Positions 1-7,531 of a stretch of DNA of 29,570 nt are shown here, in pieces. The DNA comes from a virus (Duplodnaviria; Caudoviricetes), in the IMG/VR virus record IMGVR_UViG_3300037991_002586, positions 1-29,570 of that record; one strand, given 5' to 3'. A model generated the notes under the pieces. The model was not told the origin of the DNA. It was given only the letters and a program-made list of their open reading frames with translations, and made no database searches. Numbering within the stretch: the first letter of the stretch is position 1; every line of letters starts with the position of its first letter. A program made the position numbers and the translations under genes.

Positions 1-3000
1 GTTTATTTCTGCTATAGCCTCTTTGTTTTTAACTATAGTAGGATCGTTAGCGTTTTTAGTTTCAGCAAACACGCTTTTGTTTTGATCAATTAACGTTTTC
101 TTTTTACTAACTAAATCTGCTAGCTTTTCTTTTAAATTTACTTTAGACTCTTTGATAGCAGCATCTTCTTCTTCAGCCGCAGTATCTACAATGACTCTAC
201 CTTCTGTAGCTCTTGTAGTAAAGTTAGATATATAATCAAATACTTGATCAGTAGTATTAAAATGTATCTTACTGTGCACGCCTAAGAATCTAGCTATTTT
301 ACCAGTAGTTCCGTTTGTTAATAGACGTTGCATCATAAGTCTATATCCAAACATGTTGGTAAAATCATTTTTACTTATATGTCCTAAAGCTATTAAATCA
401 CCAACTAAATTTATTGTTTCTTCGTAATCAACACCGTCTATAGACTCCTGATCGTAAGAGTCTTTTCTAGACTTAAACTCGTCATAAATTTCCTGTGTTA
501 TTTTGCCTTCTTCTAGCTTGTTTTGCATTACTACGTCAAGGCCGTTAACTGCATTTTTAGCGCTTTCAATAATCTTGCCATCTTTTATTATACCAACAGC
601 TCTATTTTCGTGGTGTAAAACTTCGTGTAAATCAGACACAGCTGCTAAATCTCCTTGTATTTTGTTTCCAGCTAATATAGCTAACGACTGATTTGAAGTA
701 AAGCTTATAGATATAGCCTTATTACCGTTCATTGGTGGTATATAGAAAGCATTTGTTGCATTAAAGTCTTTTACTATTTTACCATTTTGGTCTATTGGTA
801 AACCTTCTGCGTTTCTACTTAGTAAATTACCATTAGCATCGGTGCCATAAAAACCTTCTTGTAGTTTTTTAAAGTCAGCGTCGCTTAAATTATACTGTTC
901 TCTAATATTTTGTAAAGCAGCTTCTGAGTTATTATCAAAAGCTATTTCTGATCTATTAAGATTTTTACTTTTTTTAGCCATATCATTAGCGGCTCTATTA
1001 AAGTACTCTTGCTTAGCTAACTGCTCTTGTATATCGGCTTTTGTTTTGTAATTATTATTTTTAGAAGCTTTTTCTGCTTTAGCTTCTTTTTGTTTAGTTT
1101 CATTAGCGCCGTCTAATATAGCGTCTTTTTGTATGTTTAAATTGTTTATTTGCTCTTTAGTGTCTTGTAGTATTTGTTGTTGTCTTTTAGTACCGTTTTT
1201 ACCTATTACACCTATGTCTGATATTAACTCGCTTAATTTATCTTGAGCATTAGAAAGCTTTACATCTATGTCGTTTAAAGCATTTAAATCTGTAGCAGAA
1301 ACATTAGCTAGTTTACCAACGTTCATACCTGTTTTAAACTGAAGATTATTTAATAACTCTAGTTTTTCTTTTTTCAAGCTCATTAAATCGTTAGCGTCTG
1401 TACTTTCGTCTATCTTTTTAGTTATATCAACTATTTTTTCAATTTGAGCATTTTGTAAAGCTTTTTCCTTAGAAGTAGAGCTAAAGTTTATTAAACTTGA
1501 AGTTACTTGTCTACCTCCAGCCGCGGCTTGAGTACCTTTAGATCCTACTGCAACATCAAGAACAAACTGACTGTCTACGCCATCAAATAAACCTGATCCT
1601 CTAGTAGTAAGATTTGCAAAAAGCTCTACACTTGTTTCTTCTAAAAGCTCCATACCTTCTGATATACCAGCAGTTCTTAATCCAGCAAAACCTTTTTGAA
1701 TCCAACTAGCATTTGCTTTTACAAGACTAAGCTTATTTAAGTTTTTTGCTATAAATCCTTCGCCAATAAATCTTGAAGCTAGTAAATCGGCGCTACCGTT
1801 AGCAATAGATAAAAGTTGAGAAACTCCTTCGCTTTGGTTAGCTATTTGATTAGCTTCTTCTAACTGTAGATTTAAGTTAAATAGTTCAAACTCACCTAAT
1901 TTTTGATTAGTCTTAACACCATTTTTATATACATATCCGCTTTTTAATTGCTCTTCTATAGACTTTATAGTTTTTTCAGCGTTGTCTTTAGCTATTACTC
2001 TTGCTTTTCTATCACCAGAATAACCCATGTTAAAGAAAGATGCCATAGCAAAAGGAGCGCCACCTGGCACAAAGTAAGCGGCAGAAGCCATCATACTAGG
2101 AACGTTGTTGGCAAACGAAGACTCTAATCCATACAAGAAGTTGTCTGCAAATAATATATTTGAAAAAGCTTCAGATCTTAGCTCGTCCATCTTAGCAGAC
2201 TTTCTAACAACATCTTTATCACCTCCGCTTAATGTTATCATAGTACCTTCAATAAAAGTACCTTCTAAGTTAGCTAACATTTTATCAAACATGTCAAAGT
2301 TTTTACTTAAGGCAGTAATATAAGAGTCATCAGAAAGTAAGTTTGATTCTCTAGCTTTTTCAAGTATTGCTAGTGAAGACGCTAGCTTGTTTCTATATCT
2401 ATTGTATATTCTTTGAGCTTCTACAAAACCATTTTCTTTGCCATACTTTTGATCAGCTTTAATTTCAGCTAGCAGCTTATTGTATCTTTTAACGTCATCT
2501 TGTGTAGTTATTTCACCAAAGTTTTCTAAATCTTCGTACTTTTTGTTTAACGTTTCACTATATATATTAATAGGCTCTACTAAAGCCATCATTTTGTCTA
2601 GCTCATTTTTGCCGTATTTATCTTTTAAATTTACAACTTGATCTAAAGAATATTTTAGTTGCTCTTGATTTAACTTGTTTATTTGTATAGTTAAATACTT
2701 TTGAGCTGTTTCATATCTTGGTCTATTATAACCAGCTTTAGGACCAATCTCTTTAGCTAAATCGTACATGTCAGCAAAGTCTTCAGCTGAAACATTTCCA
2801 GACTCTATTTTTTCTTTTATAGTAATTAAATTTCCTTCTTCTCTTCCAATAAAATAATCACTAGTATAGTCTAATATACCTTCTTCAGTTAAGCCTTCAG
2901 TTATTTGATTATACAACTTGGCTGTTTGTTGTAACATTATTTCATTACCAGTAGTATTAGCGTAAGTATTCATATACGAAAGCTCTTGTATTTGAGCTAT

Positions 3001-4482
3001 GTCGTTCGCCCTACCTTTACCGTAGCTTTCAACAGCAACCTGCATCTTATTGGTTTGAACCATTTTCTTGTTAGCGTTAGCTACTTCTTGAGTTATAGTT
3101 CCATCTTCAACAAGCTCACTAAGAGTTAAATCATTTTGTTTAAATCTTTGGTATATTTCGTATTTATCTCCAAAAAGTTTTTTAAACTCTATATTAGCTA
3201 TTTCTGCTTTGTATTTAATTGCTTGTTGAGTAGATCTGCTACTGTTTTGGTACTCGTTGTATATTCTAAAAAGCTCAGGATCTGTAGGTGGATCAATGTT
3301 TCTTGGAGATATTTGATTAGTGAATATATCTTGTGCTATCTCTCTTGCTTTATCTTCTCTTTCTTTTGCTTTAAAAAATCCATCACCCCACTGCTTAACA
3401 ACAGAATCATCGTCTATAGTTATATTGTCTACGTTATGCTTGAATATACTAGCTCTAGAAAGATTAGCATCGTATTTTGTTTGCTCAAGAACGTTTTTTA
3501 ATGTAGCTATTTCGTCAGGTTTATAATAAGGTTTACCATTTGGCTGCTTGAGAGTAGACAAGTTAGTCATTATGTTTTTAATATGACCGTCTACTATAAC
3601 TTCGTTTTCTTCACTATAATTGTCAAAAGCTTTAGTAAAGTCTGGATTAGCTTTAATGTATGTATCTATACCTTGAGTAAAAGCTCTATACTCTCGCTTG
3701 TTTATATTGCCTAGTACTTTTTCGTTTGTAGTAGGATCAAGTACTTGAAAAAGTTTATTATTAATTAAGTTGTCAAGTCTTTGAGCAAATGGAGTTTCTA
3801 ATCTTGAATCTTTTAATTTAGTTTCTTCTGTAACTTCTTCGCTTTCAACAGCTACTTCAGGTAAAGCCTCTGGCGCTAGTACTGGATCAAATGTTTTAGG
3901 ATCTATACCAAACTCTTTTTTAATTTCAGTATTAAAATATTCTTCAAACTCTAATAAGTCTTCGCCTTTATAAGCTTCTTTAGCGTCAGCCATTATAAAT
4001 TCGTAAGACGACTTGGCAGCTAAAGGATCTTCTTTGTAAAGATTTTTGTAGTCGTTAAAAAGTTTTTTTCTTTCAGAAGTAATGTTTTTTAAAGCTTCTT
4101 TTAAGTTTCCCGCTTCTTTAGTTATAGCTTCATCTGGATCTGCCTTGTAACCTGTTATTGTTCCTAGTTTGTTTTTGTTTTTAGGAACTAAGCTAAACTT
4201 AAAGTCAGGATTTTTTATAAGACCAGTTCCATCTGGATTATTTATAAAATAATCTTTAGTGTTTACGTTTGATGATAATCCCGGAAAAAAAGTTACCCCA
4301 TCTGATTCCGTACTCTTTTGTGCTGTAGTCTCCTCTGCAGTCGCACTCTCGGCAGAGGGTTGTTCGTTTCCCTCCACAGGCTTAGCGTCAGGATATTTTT
4401 TTAAAAAAGCCTCTTGCTCTCTTACTTTGTCATCTGGAAATGTGTATTCTTCACCGTTAGGCAATACATATACTTTAGGCAT
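1..4482 (-). CDS. Giant internal virion (ejected cargo/polyvalent) protein with HExxH zincin domain; 3'-truncated by window edge (>1494 aa)
   Basis: Not in the ORF track. ATG at 4482 (MPKVYVLPNGEEYTFPDDKVREQEAFLKKYPDAK). The frame was open in every line I translated (1-780 fully, spot checks elsewhere) down to position 1. HEVLH at 613-627, hydrophobic segment PSMMASAAYFVPGGAPFAMA at about 2041-2100. Follows the tail and ejection genes. Confidence 0.85.
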   Translation of the reverse strand, partial: MPKVYVLPNGEEYTFPDDKVREQEAFLKKYPDAKPVEGNEQPSAESATAEETTAQKSTESDGVTFFPGLSSNVNTKDYFINNPDGTGLIKNPDFKFSLVPKNKNKLGTITGYKADPDEAITKEAGNLKEALKNITSERKKLFNDYKNLYKEDPLAAKSSYEFIMADAKEAYKGEDLLEFEEYFNTEIKKEFGIDPKTFDPVLAPEALPEVAVESEEVTEETKLKDSRLETPFAQRLDNLINNKLFQVLDPTTNEKVLGNINKREYRAFTQGIDTYIKANPDFTKAFDNYSEENEVIVDGHIKNIMTNLSTLKQPNGKPYYKPDEIATLKNVLEQTKYDANLSRASIFKHNVDNITIDDDSVVKQWGDGFFKAKEREDKAREIAQDIFTNQISPRNIDPPTDPELFRIYNEYQNSSRSTQQAIKYKAEIANIEFKKLFGDKYEIYQRFKQNDLTLSELVEDGTITQEVANANKKMVQTNKMQVAVESYGKGRANDIAQIQELSYMNTYANTTGNEIMLQQTAKLYNQITEGLTEEGILDYTSDYFIGREEGNLITIKEKIESGNVSAEDFADMYDLAKEIGPKAGYNRPRYETAQKYLTIQINKLNQEQLKYSLDQVVNLKDKYGKNELDKMMALVEPINIYSETLNKKYEDLENFGEITTQDDVKRYNKLLAEIKADQKYGKENGFVEAQRIYNRYRNKLASSLAILEKARESNLLSDDSYITALSKNFDMFDKMLANLEGTFIEGTMITLSGGDKDVVRKSAKMDELRSEAFSNILFADNFLYGLESSFANNVPSMMASAAYFVPGGAPFAMASFFNMGYSGDRKARVIAKDNAEKTIKSIEEQLKSGYVYKNGVKTNQKLGEFELFNLNLQLEEANQIANQSEGVSQLLSIANGSADLLASRFIGEGFIAKNLNKLSLVKANASWIQKGFAGLRTAGISEGMELLEETSVELFANLTTRGSGLFDGVDSQFVLDVAVGSKGTQAAAGGRQVTSSLINFSSTSKEKALQNAQIEKIVDITKKIDESTDANDLMSLKKEKLELLNNLQFKTGMNVGKLANVSATDLNALNDIDVKLSNAQDKLSELISDIGVIGKNGTKRQQQILQDTKEQINNLNIQKDAILDGANETKQKEAKAEKASKNNNYKTKADIQEQLAKQEYFNRAANDMAKKSKNLNRSEIAFDNNSEAALQNIREQYNLSDADFKKLQEGFYGTDANGNLLSRNAEGLPIDQNGKIVKDFNATNAFYIPPMNGNKAISISFTSNQSLAILAGNKIQGDLAAVSDLHEVLHHENRAVGIIKDGKIIESAKNAVNGLDVVMQNKLEEGKITQEIYDEFKSRKDSYDQESIDGVDYEETINLVGDLIALGHISKNDFTNMFGYRLMMQRLLTNGTTGKIARFLGVHSKIHFNTTDQVFDYISNFTTRATEGRVIVDTAAEEEDAAIKESKVNLKEKLADLVSKKKTLIDQNKSVFAETKNANDPTIVKNKEAIAEIN
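4332..4372 (-). promoter_or_regulatory. Putative -1 programmed ribosomal frameshift signal (slippery heptamer plus 3' stem-loop)
   Basis: In-frame G_GGA_AAC (4372-4366), 7-nt spacer GAACAAC, then perfect 7-bp stem CCTCTGC (4358-4352) / GCAGAGG (4338-4332) with a 13-nt loop. Confidence 0.55.
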
Positions 4483-4493
4483 TTTTTATAATT

Positions 4494-6002
4494 TTAATTA
4501 GTTTTAAATATTTTAAAATCAAACTCTTCAAGCTCTACTGGTTGCGGCTCGTAATCCTGAGGATCTCTAGGTCCTTTTACAGTATACCTATTGTGTACGT
4601 TTTGCATTTGTCTAGTGTAAAAAGTATTAAGCTCTTGAACTATTGTTTCTCTAATAGTAGGACCACCTTCTCTCACCGTGTCATTCCAGTCTGATATGTC
4701 AGCGTCAAAAATATTGTCAACGTCTTCTTGAGTAATTTCACCTGATTCAATCATTTGTTTAATCTCAGGACTGTTTTTATAAGCTTCAACAAAGTTAATA
4801 CCTGCCCCACCTTCTGGCACGTCGTACATTAGCGATAAAATATTTTTATCAGCACCTCCAGAACGCCAATCAGCTTTTCCTGCTGTAACTATTTTATTAA
4901 CCTGAGCGTACGTATCAATATTATACTCTAAGTTGTTTTTAGCGTCTCTTTGTGCATTAAGAAACATTGATGATAAATCTTCTAAACCTTCAGATGTAGG
5001 AATCCAACTATCAAATAAACTAAGATCTAAAGTTGTTTCTTTATCTTCTAAAGTCCAAAACAGACTTCCATCTGGTCTAATGCTTATTGGAGCTTCTTTA
5101 CTTGTTATAGCTTGAAGGTTTTGCAAGTCAAATGAATTAGTAGCTGTAGATATATCGCCATCATTGTAGGCCTCTATAAACTCTTTTTTCTTGTTAGTAG
5201 CTAAATCGGCGTTAGCAGATAGTGTTCTAGCTACATCTTGAAAACTAGATCTTTCTATATCTATATCTCTATATCGATCTGTGTTGCCTGCTAATTTAGC
5301 TTTAGAAGCGTCTCTATTATACATGGCTAATTGATCTCTGTATTGGCTGCTCCAATCAGTTATTGCAGCGTCGCCATTGTTAAAATCTTTTAAACCAATT
5401 TGCTGCGCTAGCTCTGGATTATATTTTTCGTTTTCTGTGTTAAAAGCATTATTAAGATACTCTTTTCTTTTTTGTATGTAGTTAGCTCCAACATCAGCAA
5501 TCATACTTACGCCAGCGTCTAACAAAGATACTTTGTTTCTTTTGGCTTTAGCCACTTCTATAGCGCCTTGTATTAACGTAGTGTTTGCTTTACCATAATT
5601 TAAAGGTGAGCCAAGCTTAGGAGGATTATCACCGCTATAATCAGTAATATCTAGACCTAATCGGCCTTCCATACGGTTAGCTCTTTTTTGCGCTTTTTCT
5701 AGTTGCTTTTGCTCTTTGTCGGTTAACTCGTCTTTACTACTTAAATTTTTTATAATATCTTCAGACTCTTCTTTTTTACGAGTTCTTCTTTCTACGCGCC
5801 TTTGACCAGCCGCTTCGTACATGTCTTGCCTATAAGTCTCTATAAGATTATTACCAAACTGAGCTAAAGGAAATTTAGCTTCAGACATATTAGACCAATC
5901 AACCATTGCCCCGCCTTCCGCTATTTTATCGCTAGCGCTAGGGCTTTTGTATTTAGGAGTTTCAAATAATCCTTGTCCTGATTTATATATTTCTTCTGCC
6001 AT
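4494..6002 (-). CDS. Probable internal virion/ejection protein (502 aa)
   Basis: Long helical, charged ORF between a small Gly/Ala-rich ejection-like gene and the giant gene, as in podovirus three-protein ejection cassettes. Coupled to the upstream gene by a TAATG overlap. Confidence 0.6.
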   Translation of the reverse strand: MAEEIYKSGQGLFETPKYKSPSASDKIAEGGAMVDWSNMSEAKFPLAQFGNNLIETYRQDMYEAAGQRRVERRTRKKEESEDIIKNLSSKDELTDKEQKQLEKAQKRANRMEGRLGLDITDYSGDNPPKLGSPLNYGKANTTLIQGAIEVAKAKRNKVSLLDAGVSMIADVGANYIQKRKEYLNNAFNTENEKYNPELAQQIGLKDFNNGDAAITDWSSQYRDQLAMYNRDASKAKLAGNTDRYRDIDIERSSFQDVARTLSANADLATNKKKEFIEAYNDGDISTATNSFDLQNLQAITSKEAPISIRPDGSLFWTLEDKETTLDLSLFDSWIPTSEGLEDLSSMFLNAQRDAKNNLEYNIDTYAQVNKIVTAGKADWRSGGADKNILSLMYDVPEGGAGINFVEAYKNSPEIKQMIESGEITQEDVDNIFDADISDWNDTVREGGPTIRETIVQELNTFYTRQMQNVHNRYTVKGPRDPQDYEPQPVELEEFDFKIFKTN

Positions 6003-6643
6003 TACTTTTTAACTTTACCTTTTTTAGCCACACCTGCGCCTGGAGCAAAATAACTTGTAGCGGCATTTAACGTTGTACCTACACCAGCCATTATCGCTTG
6101 ATTAGCGTCGTCTAATTGTCCTTGTGCTTGATTAAACTCTCCTTGTGCCATACCTAAAAGCGTAGCTTGTTTATCTGCTTCCATTTGTCTAGATAAATAT
6201 TCACCTTGAGCTTCCATTTTAGATATATCTAAACTAGCACCTGCTTTAGCTCTATTAATAGCCGCTTCTTGATTTGCTATTTGAGCTTGCGCTGCTTGTT
6301 GTTGTTTTTGTGAACTTTGTTGTATTGCTTGAGCTAGCGCTCCTACACCTGAAGAACCAGCTTGTTCTTGTAGTCCAGCTAAAGTATCAGCTTGAGCTTG
6401 TTGAGCTTGATCTCTCTGAAACTCTGCGGCTTCTAAATTAACTTGCATGTCTTCATAAGGATTTTCCATGCCTAAATAAGGGTTAGACGTATCTAAATTT
6501 TTATATTCGTCCATAGCCTCTTTAAGCTTTTGTTTTTTCCTTTTTCTTTTATTTTTAGCTTTTTTTCGCTGACCTAAACCTATACCAACTTGGGCTAAAC
6601 CAGATGCTGCCGCGATACCTGCTACTACTATTGCAAATGACAT
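6002..6643 (-). CDS. Probable small DNA-ejection (pilot) protein (213 aa)
   Basis: Hydrophobic Gly/Ala N-terminus (MSFAIVVAGIAAASGLAQVGIGLG), basic stretch, Gln/Ala coiled coil and Gly/Ala C-terminus. Architecture resembles P22 gp7 / T7 gp14-type proteins. Confidence 0.6.
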   Translation of the reverse strand: MSFAIVVAGIAAASGLAQVGIGLGQRKKAKNKRKRKKQKLKEAMDEYKNLDTSNPYLGMENPYEDMQVNLEAAEFQRDQAQQAQADTLAGLQEQAGSSGVGALAQAIQQSSQKQQQAAQAQIANQEAAINRAKAGASLDISKMEAQGEYLSRQMEADKQATLLGMAQGEFNQAQGQLDDANQAIMAGVGTTLNAATSYFAPGAGVAKKGKVKK

Positions 6644-6644
6644 A

Positions 6645-7118
6645 TTACTTGTTTTTAATATATTCTTCGTACTCTTCGTAGGTTGAGGCTACGTTGTACT
6701 TTTCTAGTTCTAATAAATCTTCTGTGTTGCTTGGATTTGGGTGAATATTTACAAATCGAGTATCTTCTAATGCTAATATAACTCTCTTGGTACCACCGGT
6801 TGATTTAATATAGCAAGGTGCTTCGTATTGTTCGACAGATTCTTCCGTAGCAACCATTATATATCCTTCTAATAAAAACCAAATGTGATCTCGCTTGTGT
6901 ATTTTACCTACTACACAAGTTCCTTCAGGCATGTTCATTTCTCTAACATAAACGCCTTTAGCAAAACTATGCGTTAACGGTGCTAAAGGATTACCTTTGC
7001 CGTTATTGTCTCCAGCTATAATTGTTTTATCATTAGCCATTTTAAGTAAATCTTCTTCAAGCTTACTTATTTTGCTACGCATAGCTAGCGCTTGCTCACT
7101 TTTAGTTAACTCTTTCAT
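6645..7118 (-). CDS. Cupin-fold protein (157 aa)
   Basis: HSFAKGVYVREMNMPEGTCVVGKIHKRDHIWFLLEG...APCYIKSTGGTKR matches the cupin beta-barrel pattern. Confidence 0.7.
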   Translation of the reverse strand: MKELTKSEQALAMRSKISKLEEDLLKMANDKTIIAGDNNGKGNPLAPLTHSFAKGVYVREMNMPEGTCVVGKIHKRDHIWFLLEGYIMVATEESVEQYEAPCYIKSTGGTKRVILALEDTRFVNIHPNPSNTEDLLELEKYNVASTYEEYEEYIKNK

Positions 7119-7130
7119 TTAATTGAATTT

Positions 7131-7150
7131 ATAATATTATTATTACACTA
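7131..7150 (-). promoter_or_regulatory. Candidate phage late-promoter motif (GTGTAATA-TA-TAT)
   Basis: Minus strand TAGTGTAATAATAATATTAT in the intergenic gap. A near-identical motif lies at 29093-29112, upstream of the first minus-strand gene. Confidence 0.4.
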
Positions 7151-7158
7151 AGGTGCTT

Positions 7159-7530
7159 TTATTTACTGCTTTCAAACATTTCAGTACTTACAGAGTATAA
7201 TTCTACCTTTTCATTACTATTGTTTTCAAACTTAACATCAGTGTAATACCCTAACAAACTGTTCATATTTGCTCTACTGTCTTTACTAAAAAATACAAAC
7301 GTACCATTAGCCGGTACAGCAACCGTCTGATCTTGATCTAACACTATACTACCTCCTGACGATGTTCTAGTTATAGCTGTTATAGCTCCAGCTCTTATTA
7401 TATTGTCGTATGAAGCAACAGTGTTAAAGCCGCCAACAGCACTAAAAGAAGCGTAGTATATTATATCGTCTACTTGAACTGATCTATTTATTTCGGTTGT
7501 AAAGTTTAATGTTACTGCTATTACTGACAT
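7159..7530 (-). CDS. Small virion tail-associated protein (123 aa)
   Basis: Beta-rich ORF directly downstream of the tail nozzle gene. Its C-terminus (LLGYYTDVKFENNSNEKVELYSVSTEMFESSK) resembles the end of tail stabilization proteins. Confidence 0.55.
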   Translation of the reverse strand: MSVIAVTLNFTTEINRSVQVDDIIYYASFSAVGGFNTVASYDNIIRAGAITAITRTSSGGSIVLDQDQTVAVPANGTFVFFSKDSRANMNSLLGYYTDVKFENNSNEKVELYSVSTEMFESSK

Positions 7531-7531
7531 A

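Noticed and set aside
4396-4408. Additional slippery runs T_TTT_TTA and A_AAA_AAA near the start of the giant gene
   Set aside because: Such runs are common in AT-rich DNA, no structure lies at the proper spacing, and the -1 frame hits TGA within a few codons.
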